32,000 bases of DNA, taken from contig NZ_RSDW01000001.1 of assembly GCF_003945235.1 (NCBI RefSeq), positions 4,440,001 to 4,472,000 on the forward strand, read 5' to 3'. This DNA is from Edaphobacter aggregans. GTDB lineage: Bacteria; Acidobacteriota; Terriglobia; Terriglobales; Acidobacteriaceae. The position numbers and the translations under genes were made by a program. The notes beneath the pieces were generated by a model. That model was not told where the DNA came from and did not search any database. It saw only the letters and a list, made by a program, of their open reading frames with translations. Position 1 is the first letter of the stretch; each line of letters opens with the position of its first letter. Positions 23,538-31,829 of the stretch are shown here, piece after piece.

Positions 23538-24557
23538 TTATTTGGATGCAGTGTCAGTAAAGATGTTCTTAGGGCACATCGCATGCACACCGACGTTGCC
23601 GTCGACCAGTTGGGTGATGTCCAGATCGATCGCGACGCTTGAGAGCATATAAGCATCATCGCGACTTAAGTGCTTTTCTTCCATCAGGAACTCGATCATG
23701 TCGCGTAGAGCGAGTTCCGTAGCTTCTTTCAAATCTTTGCTGAAGCCCATGGAGATATAGTGCGTCGGAGTCTCTGCCCGTGGCCAGATCAGATGTTTGT
23801 CCTTGTGGACGACAAACTTGAACGTCCCGCTCAGATAGGTTTCGAGCGCTGTGATATCGACCTCACCGTTGCCCTGGCCAGCGTGTCCATCTCCCGCCTG
23901 GAAAAGCGCTCCCTTGACGGCGACCGGGATATAGAGCGTCGTTCCGGCGACAAGCTCCTTGTTATCCATGTTGCCCGCGTGGGCAAAGGGCGGAGCGCTA
24001 TCGATTCGCGCGCCCGCCGGTGCTACGCCCATGCTGCCGAAGAACGGACGGAGTGGAATATTGATCCCTGGTGCGAAGTTGGCGACCATTGATTTGCGGT
24101 CAAGCGGAATGATCTTGTTCCGGCTGTACGGATACTCCATCGGCAGAAAGCCGCGGCCCAGGCCAAATCCGTTGCATGCAAAGTTTGCATCGATATCTAT
24201 CTTCAGGATCTGGACCTCGAGGAGATCTCCAGGCTCTGCCTCCTCAATCGCCACCGGCCCCGTCAGAATATGGCCGCCGGGCCCTTTGTCCGTGACCTCT
24301 TTGTATATTGGGGCCGTGTACGGAGGAATGTCCTCAGGCTTCACACCACGGGCGATCAGGCGTTCCGGTGGGCCACATGTCGAAAGCGTCTGCATCCGTA
24401 CAGTATCTCCAGAGTGAACAGTTAGGACGGGCTTCGAAGATCCTGAATAGTAGCCCCAGGCAACCGTGCTCGGTGTAGCAAGCAGCGTATAGTCGCTTGC
24501 CAGCAAAGACGCAGAGCATGCGGTAGCTAAAAAAGACACAGTGAGAGCCCGAAGCAT
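23538..24557 (-). CDS. Exported acetamidase/formamidase-family amidohydrolase
   Basis: The ORF track starts at GTG 24578. The ATG at 24557, with AAGGA 5 nt upstream, gives the signal peptide MLRALTVSFLATACSASLLA. The family motif is FQAGDGHAGQGNGEVDITALE, together with the N-terminal TVHSGDTV region. Confidence 0.8.
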   Translation of the reverse strand: MLRALTVSFLATACSASLLASDYTLLATPSTVAWGYYSGSSKPVLTVHSGDTVRMQTLSTCGPPERLIARGVKPEDIPPYTAPIYKEVTDKGPGGHILTGPVAIEEAEPGDLLEVQILKIDIDANFACNGFGLGRGFLPMEYPYSRNKIIPLDRKSMVANFAPGINIPLRPFFGSMGVAPAGARIDSAPPFAHAGNMDNKELVAGTTLYIPVAVKGALFQAGDGHAGQGNGEVDITALETYLSGTFKFVVHKDKHLIWPRAETPTHYISMGFSKDLKEATELALRDMIEFLMEEKHLSRDDAYMLSSVAIDLDITQLVDGNVGVHAMCPKNIFTDTASK

Positions 24558-24579
24558 GGAGTCCTTTCCGAAGTGCACG

Positions 24580-24627
24580 ATATCTATCGATCAGTATAGA
24601 AGTGTCTATTTCGAGTATCGATGATAT
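24580..24627 (-). promoter_or_regulatory. Candidate amidase promoter region with two ATCGAT hexamers / imperfect inverted repeat
   Basis: The arms are ATATCtATCGAT (24580-24591) and ATCGATGATAT (24617-24627). The ATCGAT centres are 31 bp apart. The minus strand reads TCGATA-N17-TATACT between them. Confidence 0.3.
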
Positions 24628-24833
24628 TCAACCGAAGCGCAGGGGGTTCGTCCAAATTTGAGCCAGGACTGGCAGTCCGATCGAAGGGTGTAGACAGGAC
24701 TCAATCTTCCGAACCACGACAGGATCCGTTTAGTTAGCTAAAGTTGGCGGCGCAGCAACTCACTAGAAAGCCACGCGCACAAGCGGTTGACTCAGTGTGC
24801 GTCCTTCAGTCGGACATCAGGTTCGGAGAGAAC

Positions 24834-27800
24834 ATGCATAAGGCTCTTGCACTACTTATTTTGATTGCCGTAACTACTGCGGCCTATGGTCAGCTCCCCA
24901 GCAGCACAATGAATGGCAGAGTAACCGATCTTCAGGGAGCCCGAGTTGTAGCCGCGCAGGTATCTGTCACCAACCGGGCCCGGGGCACCTCGCGCGAAAC
25001 CCTGACCAATGCAGAAGGACTCTACGTTTTTCCCTCTCTTGAAGTTGGTACCTATGACTTGAAGGTCGAAAGTCCCAGTTTCGCCGTTACCGAGACTCAC
25101 GGCATCATTCTCGAAGTCGGCAGAACGCAGACAATTGACGTCAGTCTTCATCCAGCCAGCGCAAACGCGGTCATCAGCGTAAGCGAAGTCAACGACACCG
25201 TCAATCTCTCTCAGTCCATGATCCAGGGCCAGATCACCTCGAAGACGATAGAGAGCATTCCGCTGAACGGCAGAAACTTCCTCGAGCTGGCCTATCTCGT
25301 TCCAGGAAACCGCCCTGCACCCACCTTCGATCCCACCAAGACGAATACCCTCGAAATCAGCTCTGCAGGAGGCTTTGGACGAGGCGGTAACATCACTGTC
25401 GACGGCGGAGATAACAACGACGAAGTGGTCGGTGGTACTCTCTCCAACTTCCCCTCCGATTCCGTCAAAGAGTTTCAGATCGCAACCGCGAGATTCACCG
25501 CCGAGGTTGGCCGCTCAGGAAACAGCATCGTCAACATCGTCACCAAGGGTGGAACCAACAGTTATCACGGCAGCCTCTTCTTCTTCCTGCGTAATCGCAA
25601 TCTGCAAGGTCTGCCGGCAACCTTCGACCGCAGTCTCCCTACTCCACGCTTCGATCGCCAACAATACGGTAGCTCCATCGGTGGACCGATCCGCAAAGAT
25701 AAAGCCTGGTTCTTTTCATCCGTCGAGTATCGCAATCAGAACGCAGCACTCCAGACCGGAGCGCGCGATTTCGCTACTAGTGAGATCCAGCACACCTCTG
25801 CTCCATCCCCTCTACGTGACGCTCTCTGGTCGACGCGCTACGATCATCAACTCAGCACTAATAACAGTCTTATGGTGCGGTACTCCTTCAACCGTTCCAC
25901 TGATACAGGCGAGGCCACGCCATCACAAACGACCCCCTCTTTTAGCGCAGCCCAACGCCAGAACTCACTCAATCGCTTCAACTCTCTTCTGGCCGGAATA
26001 ACAACCGTTCTTTCTCCCACTCGCGTCAATAACTTCTCCTTCCACTACGACAACTTCTATAACGACATCCCTCCATTTCCCCAGGATGCGCCCACCACAA
26101 ACCCGCAGCTAGGCCTCACCAACGAGCTCATCTTCCCCGATCTGGCAGATGGCGCAAACTTCAATCTGCCGCAGTCCACGTCACTTAGCCGTTATCAGTT
26201 CCGCGACGCTTTCACATGGACTCTGGGTGCCCACACGTTGAGGCTGGGTGCCGAATTTCAGCACTACACCGCGCACGGCCTGATCAACGTTTTCGGCAGC
26301 GGTACAGTCATCCTCACCGCCGACTTTCCCTTTGCCGATCTCAATGGAGACGGCAAAGTCAATGATCTCGACATCCCCATCGCAGTCGCCATCAAGAGCA
26401 GCGCGCCCGTAGTTCCAGTTCCAATACCCACCGTCTTCAACAGCTATGTTGCCGGTTATGTTCAAGACGATTGGCGTGCTGCCCGGGGTCTCACTCTCAA
26501 CCTTGGGCTTCGGTGGGAGTACGATTCCAACCTTACCGGAACATCAAGTGCTCATCAGCCATGTCCGAACCTGACATCCGAGCCGACGAACCCATGCACG
26601 TGGATGGCAAATGTCATCGATCTGAAGAAGTCGTCTGACAAGAAAAACTTCAGCCCGCGCATCGGCTTCGCGTACGACCCGTATGGCACAGGCAGAACAG
26701 TCTTTCGCGGAGGCTATGGAATTTACTACGACCGAATCATCCTCGAGGCAGGTGCTGAAGAACTCGTACAGAACAACCGCGCACTTACTGTGACCCAGTA
26801 TGCGGGCTCCTCCTGCATCTCGCCCTTTGTTCCCGGGCCTCCCAGCCTCGGCGCCTGCTTTGCCCCTCGGTCGGGTTTCGCTCCGGGCAGTCCTACTCTG
26901 GCATCGGCATTCAGTGGTCCACACCAGACAGGCGGCGTCGGCATACTTGCGATGGGGCCAGACTCGCATCATCCCCTCATGCAACAATTCTCCCTCGGCT
27001 TCCAACAGCAGTTTGGTAGCAACTGGATCCTCTCGGCCGACGGACTTCACGTCTTTGCCAACCGGCAGATTAATGGACATCTTCTTCGCTCCACAAACTC
27101 CACGTCTCCGTATGTCTCCTGCCACGGAAACAACGTTCCCTGCACCCTGACCGATCCACTCAGCGGAATCACCGACAACATCACCATTCTCGAGTCCAGA
27201 GCCAAGTCATGGTACGACGGCTTGATCGCCAGTCTCGACCATCGGCCCGGAAAGCTAGGCCCCATTGGCTATCAGTACAACATCAGCTACACACTCTCCA
27301 AGACGCTCGACTACTCCGACGACGATCAACTCGCCAATAGCAATGCCAATGAGCAGGTGAACCTAGTGCAGGGAATCAATCAGCCACGTCTCGAGAAGGG
27401 CTACGCCGTTACCGACGAGACGCATCGCCTCACCCTCTACGGCGAAGCGCAATTCCCGTGGAATATTTCCTTCGCGCCCATCTATACCTATGGGTCAGGT
27501 GTACCCGGTGATACATTTCTTCCCGGCACGGCCGTTAATGGAGCCAGCGGCTCTCGCCTACCTATAACGTCTCGTAACGCTCTCGGCCGCCAGATCAAAA
27601 ACAGCAATCAGCTCAACACTCTCATCAACAAATGGAATGCTCTCCCTCCATGCCCGGGAGCATTTCCTTGTCTTGCCGGTGGCCGGCTTCAAAACGTACC
27701 TGCCAACATCAACTTCTATAGCCCTTTCAGCTCGCTTGATTTCAGGCTTAAGAAGGACATTCTCTTCAAAGAGAGAGTTACACTTACACTCATCGGAGAA

Positions 27801-28016
27801 GCATTCAATATCTTCAACGAAACCAACATTCGCGGCACGAGCAACAAGAACTACGCGGGCCGAAATATTTCCATCAGCCCCTATCAACCCGCACAGAACG
27901 GTCAACCCGCACAGGCAGTGCAGTCAAACTTCTATTCTCCTGTGACGACGGCGGGTGGATTCTTCGGCTCCGGTGGACCCCGTGCCTTCCAGTTCGCGGC
28001 ACGCCTGGCCTTTTGA
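24834..28016 (+). CDS. TonB-dependent receptor with N-terminal carboxypeptidase-regulatory-like domain (TBDR-3)
   Basis: The ORF track starts at 24744. The ATG at 24834, preceded by GGAGAG, gives the signal peptide MHKALALLILIAVTTAAYGQ. The N-terminal domain reads MNGRVTDLQGARVVAAQVSVT...GLYVFPSLEVGTYDLKV and the plug region is IPLNGRNFLELAYLVPGN. The barrel ends in ...FQFAARLAF. Confidence 0.9.
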   Translation: MHKALALLILIAVTTAAYGQLPSSTMNGRVTDLQGARVVAAQVSVTNRARGTSRETLTNAEGLYVFPSLEVGTYDLKVESPSFAVTETHGIILEVGRTQTIDVSLHPASANAVISVSEVNDTVNLSQSMIQGQITSKTIESIPLNGRNFLELAYLVPGNRPAPTFDPTKTNTLEISSAGGFGRGGNITVDGGDNNDEVVGGTLSNFPSDSVKEFQIATARFTAEVGRSGNSIVNIVTKGGTNSYHGSLFFFLRNRNLQGLPATFDRSLPTPRFDRQQYGSSIGGPIRKDKAWFFSSVEYRNQNAALQTGARDFATSEIQHTSAPSPLRDALWSTRYDHQLSTNNSLMVRYSFNRSTDTGEATPSQTTPSFSAAQRQNSLNRFNSLLAGITTVLSPTRVNNFSFHYDNFYNDIPPFPQDAPTTNPQLGLTNELIFPDLADGANFNLPQSTSLSRYQFRDAFTWTLGAHTLRLGAEFQHYTAHGLINVFGSGTVILTADFPFADLNGDGKVNDLDIPIAVAIKSSAPVVPVPIPTVFNSYVAGYVQDDWRAARGLTLNLGLRWEYDSNLTGTSSAHQPCPNLTSEPTNPCTWMANVIDLKKSSDKKNFSPRIGFAYDPYGTGRTVFRGGYGIYYDRIILEAGAEELVQNNRALTVTQYAGSSCISPFVPGPPSLGACFAPRSGFAPGSPTLASAFSGPHQTGGVGILAMGPDSHHPLMQQFSLGFQQQFGSNWILSADGLHVFANRQINGHLLRSTNSTSPYVSCHGNNVPCTLTDPLSGITDNITILESRAKSWYDGLIASLDHRPGKLGPIGYQYNISYTLSKTLDYSDDDQLANSNANEQVNLVQGINQPRLEKGYAVTDETHRLTLYGEAQFPWNISFAPIYTYGSGVPGDTFLPGTAVNGASGSRLPITSRNALGRQIKNSNQLNTLINKWNALPPCPGAFPCLAGGRLQNVPANINFYSPFSSLDFRLKKDILFKERVTLTLIGEAFNIFNETNIRGTSNKNYAGRNISISPYQPAQNGQPAQAVQSNFYSPVTTAGGFFGSGGPRAFQFAARLAF

Positions 28017-28086
28017 CCTTGACATAAAATCGCAGGAGCCTATCGAACAAAGGTGGCTCCGACGGATCGGACAAACGGAGATTTTT

Positions 28087-28731
28087 GTGAAGGAATCGCC
28101 AGCTCCCGCTCGCACGACGGACGACCAAGCTTCTACTCAGATCGTCACCAACCTCCCCATCGTGCAGGAAGATGCAGCAACCGGCGCGGTGGCCAAATCC
28201 TATTCCGACTACCGCGAACACTTTGGCCGCCCGGATGTACCAGACATACTGAAGTGCTTCGCAACCCACCCGCCACTACTCGAACAGATGATCGCCCTTG
28301 CCTCTAGCCTGCTCTTCATCGAAGGCCGCCTGCCACGCAGAGTCAAGGAGATGATCGCAACCTATGTCTCGGCTCTCAACGATTGCCCCTACTGCCTCGA
28401 TAGCCATGCTTCCTTCCTTCGTACTCAAGGAGGATCGGACGAACTCTTATCCGCTCTATCGAACGGAAGCCTTGAATCCCCATCTATCAGCACCAAAGAG
28501 CGTCAACTCCTCAGCTTCACGCGGAAAGTGACGAACGAGTCCTACAAAGTCACTGCGGACGACATCCGCCAGCTCAACGACGTTGGCTGGGACCAATTGC
28601 AGATCGCAGAGGCCACACACATCACAGCTCTCTTCGCGTTTTTCAATCGTGTCGTCAACACCTTCGGACTACCATCACAACATCGGCTCGACCTGGACCT
28701 AGCTCCGACAAACTCAAAGGAGAACCGATGA
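28087..28731 (+). CDS. AhpD/carboxymuconolactone-decarboxylase (CMD) family, peroxidase-related enzyme type, paralog 1
   Basis: The ORF track starts at 27955, inside TBDR-3. The GTG at 28087, with ACGGAG 6 nt upstream, is the first start after the TBDR-3 stop. The motif is VSALNDCPYCLDSHASF (CxxC...H) and the protein is helical. Confidence 0.75.
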   Translation: MKESPAPARTTDDQASTQIVTNLPIVQEDAATGAVAKSYSDYREHFGRPDVPDILKCFATHPPLLEQMIALASSLLFIEGRLPRRVKEMIATYVSALNDCPYCLDSHASFLRTQGGSDELLSALSNGSLESPSISTKERQLLSFTRKVTNESYKVTADDIRQLNDVGWDQLQIAEATHITALFAFFNRVVNTFGLPSQHRLDLDLAPTNSKENR

Positions 28732-29342
28732 GTACATTGAAAATCGCACAGGAACCGATGTATCTTCGCGGGGTCGAAGAAGACCCCAAGCCCAGCGTCT
28801 ACCGCGACCTCATTGAAAATGCGAAGTCCTCGGGTGGCGATTACTGGCAGATATGGCATCTCCTGGCCTTCGATCCCGAAGCTGCGCACCACCTCGTCGC
28901 GCTCTCTCACACCCTCATGCACAAACCTGGCCCCCTCAGCGCCGGCCTCCGCGAACTGATCGCAGCCTACACGTCGTCTCTCAACAACTGCGAGTTCTGC
29001 ATGAAGGCCCATGTCGCGGTTGCGTCCCAGTTGCTGGGCGACGAGTCACTCGTCTGGAGCGTAATCGACGATCTCGAAACCTCCGCCCTTGCCGAAAAAG
29101 AGAAGGCACTCCTCCGCTTCGTCCAAAAAGTCACCTTGTCGCCATCCTCAATCACCGCAGTCGATACCCAACTCCTCAACCAAGCCGGGTGGGATGATGC
29201 CTCTATCTTTTACACAATCTCCGCCTGCGCCCTCTTCAACTTTTACAATCGCTGGATCTCCGCCAGCGGTGTCCATCCCGTAAGCGACGAAGCATTCAAA
29301 CGGCTAGGTTCGCGAATGGCTGTAGCTGGCTACGCTAGGTAG
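28728..29342 (+). CDS. AhpD/CMD family, peroxidase-related enzyme type, paralog 2
   Basis: The 204-aa ORF has its ATG overlapping the upstream TGA (ATGA, 4-nt overlap). The motif is TSSLNNCEFCMKAHVAV. Confidence 0.78.
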   Translation: MSTLKIAQEPMYLRGVEEDPKPSVYRDLIENAKSSGGDYWQIWHLLAFDPEAAHHLVALSHTLMHKPGPLSAGLRELIAAYTSSLNNCEFCMKAHVAVASQLLGDESLVWSVIDDLETSALAEKEKALLRFVQKVTLSPSSITAVDTQLLNQAGWDDASIFYTISACALFNFYNRWISASGVHPVSDEAFKRLGSRMAVAGYAR

Positions 29343-29442
29343 TTTCGATAGCTAGCCACGATTGTCAATTGTTTTGGAGGCATGGACCGTATGTGCAGCC
29401 ACCTCACCGAAAATCTCGCACCATCCCGGTCTAAGAATGACG

Positions 29443-29461
29443 CCGGAATTGCCGGTTTTTT
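29443..29461 (+). terminator. Weak candidate intrinsic terminator after the CMD pair
   Basis: The sequence is CCGG-aattg-CCGG followed by T6 (29456-29461). The stem is only 4 bp. Confidence 0.3.
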
Positions 29462-29513
29462 GCCACATAACCACAAGTCTTTCGCTGAGATATCAACAAA
29501 ACTCGTGTCTTGT

Positions 29514-29591
29514 TGGCGTCCCCGATGGGATTCGAACCCATGTTATCGCCGTGAAAGGGCGGTGTCCTGGGCCGTGCTAGACGACAGGGAC
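29514..29591 (-). tRNA. tRNA-Glu (anticodon UUC), CCA encoded
   Basis: The reverse complement is GTCCCTGTCGTCTAGCACGGCCCAGGACACCGCCCTTTCACGGCGATAACATGGGTTCGAATCCCATCGGGGACGCCA. The acceptor stem is GTCCCTG/CGGGGAC and the anticodon loop is CTTTCAC. The T arm is ATGGG-TTCGAAT-CCCAT. It is near-identical in layout to E. coli tRNA-Glu. Confidence 0.93.
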
Positions 29592-29626
29592 GCAATATGC
29601 GCAGGATGCGCTGTTTGTCATCTTCA

Positions 29627-29655
29627 ACGCTATCAATGCATTCCCGTGATGTCAA
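29627..29655 (-). promoter_or_regulatory. Candidate promoter for tRNA-Glu (TTGACA-N17-TAGCGT)
   Basis: On the minus strand TTGACA lies at 29655-29650 and TAGCGT at 29632-29627, with a 17-nt spacer. The -10 ends 35 nt upstream of the mature tRNA 5' end. Confidence 0.3.
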
Positions 29656-29715
29656 AATTCCTGTACCTTCAAGGCACGCGGCATATTCATAGAGAAGGTC
29701 TAGCAAGAAACCAGA

Positions 29716-30453
29716 ATGATCCCACAAAACCGCGGGCGCTCGACTGCGTCCCGCTACAAATATCTCGACGCGCTCACCACGGCTTTCGTGGTCATCTTGT
29801 TGGTGTCGAACCTCGTTGCCCAGAAGGTCTGCGTCATTGGTCCGTTTGCAGTCAGCGGCGCGATACTGCTCTTTCCGATTACCTACATCTTCGGCGACAT
29901 CTTCACCGAGGTCTATGGTTTTGCCGCCTCCCGCCGTGCCATCTGGCTCGGCTTCTTCGGTACGGCGTTGCTTTACTTCATCGCAGCCATTGTCATAGCG
30001 TTGCCGCCCGCACCAGGATGGCACAACCAGGAAGCTTTCGCCACCGTCTTCGGGTTTATCCCGCGAATCCTCGCGGCAAGCCTGATTGCTTTCTGGGCCG
30101 GCGAGTTTGCCAACTCCTACACCATGGCACAGCTAAAACTGCTTACCAACGGACGCATGCTATGGACCCGTACCATCGGCTCGACCGTCGTCGGACAGGC
30201 AGTCGATACCACCATCGTCATTACGCTCACGTTTTGGGGGACGGTTCCTATTTCCACGCTGGCGAACATGATCGGTACCGGCTACGCCCTCAAAGTAGGG
30301 TATGAAGTTCTCGCTACGCCCCTGACGTACCTCATTGTTAACTGGCTCAAGCGAGCCGAGAACGCCGATGCCTTCGATCGACATGAGAACTTCAACCCGT
30401 TTTCCTTTGCCGAAAAGGTGCAGTCCCGCTCCGAGACCTATACCCCTCGTTAA
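29716..30453 (+). CDS. yhhQ: Queuosine-precursor transporter (YhhQ / DUF165 / VUT family)
   Basis: The 245-aa polytopic ORF has YKYLDALTTAFVVILLVSNLVAQK, LLFPITYIFGDIFTEVYG, and TIGSTVVGQAVDTTIV, typical of COG1738 / YhhQ proteins. Confidence 0.8.
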   Translation: MIPQNRGRSTASRYKYLDALTTAFVVILLVSNLVAQKVCVIGPFAVSGAILLFPITYIFGDIFTEVYGFAASRRAIWLGFFGTALLYFIAAIVIALPPAPGWHNQEAFATVFGFIPRILAASLIAFWAGEFANSYTMAQLKLLTNGRMLWTRTIGSTVVGQAVDTTIVITLTFWGTVPISTLANMIGTGYALKVGYEVLATPLTYLIVNWLKRAENADAFDRHENFNPFSFAEKVQSRSETYTPR

Positions 30454-30648
30454 AATTGGTCCGTCCACCTAAAGCACTTTCGTGTCGCAAATTGCGAACC
30501 CTTCCCGAAGACCTTGGCATCTAAACCTGAAACTTAGATTTGTATCGTGGTGATTTTGCAGAAGCTTGCGTCGAATTTCTCCTGTCTCTCTCTTGGATTA
30601 GGGGATCGTCAGGGCACCAAAGTTACCGTATTTGAAGGAGAAACACCC

Positions 30649-31740
30649 TTGTCCTTGATCTCGAATGCCCGTCGCGCTCTGCCGTTTGTAGGATGTGCGT
30701 TCCTCACCCTGCTTGCGGGTTGCAAACAGAAAGCGCCAGCCGCACCCCCACCTCAGGCGATGCCAGTGCAGGTCGCCCCCGTCACACTTTCGCCGGTTCC
30801 CAGCTCGGACACCTACGTCGCCACAATTAAAGGTCGCCGCTCGGCCACCATGCAGCCGCAGGTCGACGGGAATCTCACGCGCATACTCGTAAAGTCGGGC
30901 GATCTGGTCAAGTCCGGACAGCTGCTGATGGTGATCGATCCACTCAAGCAGGCTGCAACGGTTCAGTCGCAGGCAGGAACCCAGGCGCAGAAAAAAGCCC
31001 TCTACGATTACACGAAGATCCAGGTAGAGCGGCAGCGCAAACTCTTTGAGGCTGGCGTTGTCTCCCGCGATGCCTACGATCAGGCCATCCAGGCCTACGA
31101 GAATGCTAAGGCAGACTATGAGGCCAACGCGGCCCTCACCGATACGCAGAAGCAGCAACTGGCCTACTATGAGATTCGTGCACCCTTTGACGGCGTTGTC
31201 GGCGACATTCCAGTCCACATTGGCGACTATGTCTCTCCCACCACGGTGTTGACCACGGTCGATGAGAACGTCGATCTTGAGGCCTACATCTACATCCCCA
31301 CCGAGCGCGCCGGACAGGTTCGCACCGGCCTTCCGGTCGAGATCGTGGACATCGACGGCAACAGCCTCGTAAAATCCACTATCAACTTCATCTCTCCGCA
31401 GGTTGACGGCGGACTGCAGAGCATTCTGGCCAAGGCCCCGATTCCTCGCGGCACGAAGGGGCTCCGCACCGAGCAGCTTGTCAAGGCGCGAGTCACCTGG
31501 AACACGAATCCTGCTCCTGTTGTTCCAGTGCTCGCTGTTACCCGTGTGAACGGCCAGAGCTTCGTCTTTGTCGCCGCGCAACAGGGCGATGGATACACCG
31601 CGCACCAGGTGCCGGTAACGCTCGGCGATACGGTTGGCAACACTTACCCCGTCCTCAAGGGGCTTAATCCCGGCGACAAAGTCATTCTTTCCGGGCTGCA
31701 GTTTCTCCAGGAAGGTGCTCCCGTCAAGCCGTTGGGCTAG
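30649..31740 (+). CDS. RND efflux periplasmic adaptor (membrane fusion protein) lipoprotein
   Basis: The ORF track starts at 30547. The in-frame TTG at 30649, with GAAGGAG 8 nt upstream, gives a lipoprotein signal ending ...FLTLLAGC. The body has the hairpin/lipoyl/beta-barrel pattern (YEIRAPFDGVVGDIPVHIGDYV, QSFVFV). Confidence 0.85.
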   Translation: MSLISNARRALPFVGCAFLTLLAGCKQKAPAAPPPQAMPVQVAPVTLSPVPSSDTYVATIKGRRSATMQPQVDGNLTRILVKSGDLVKSGQLLMVIDPLKQAATVQSQAGTQAQKKALYDYTKIQVERQRKLFEAGVVSRDAYDQAIQAYENAKADYEANAALTDTQKQQLAYYEIRAPFDGVVGDIPVHIGDYVSPTTVLTTVDENVDLEAYIYIPTERAGQVRTGLPVEIVDIDGNSLVKSTINFISPQVDGGLQSILAKAPIPRGTKGLRTEQLVKARVTWNTNPAPVVPVLAVTRVNGQSFVFVAAQQGDGYTAHQVPVTLGDTVGNTYPVLKGLNPGDKVILSGLQFLQEGAPVKPLG

Positions 31741-31829
31741 GACGCGGTGCATTGCGCGGCGCTGCCGTCCCGGCGCCGCAACGACTCACGCTTCACCCCC
31801 GGGCCAACCGCGCCGGATAGAGGTACACC

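Noticed and set aside
24640-24833. Cobalamin or Moco riboswitch in the TBDR-3 leader
   Set aside because: I could not find a B12-box-like core or the conserved Moco-motif junction sequences. Only short local palindromes are present.
27955-28086. N-terminal extension of CMD paralog 1 given by the ORF track (start 27955)
   Set aside because: The extension overlaps the last 62 nt of TBDR-3 and encodes no recognisable domain. The GTG at 28087, with an upstream ACGGAG, fits the family length better.
29660-29715. Possible preQ1 riboswitch upstream of the yhhQ-type transporter (GGTCTAGCAAGAAACC resembles part of the preQ1-I loop)
   Set aside because: Only a 3-bp stem can be drawn. The conserved A-rich tail and pseudoknot pairing are not evident, and no Shine-Dalgarno sequestration is seen. 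It would need a covariance-model scan, and I would expect that to be negative.
29382-30305. 307-aa plus-strand ORF spanning the tRNA-Glu and much of yhhQ
   Set aside because: It reads through a tRNA gene and is out of frame with a well-supported YhhQ-family CDS. Its composition is Arg/His-rich.
30598-31752. 384-aa ORF antisense to the RND adaptor gene
   Set aside because: It is a shadow ORF. The plus-strand frame has the lipobox and the canonical membrane-fusion-protein motifs.
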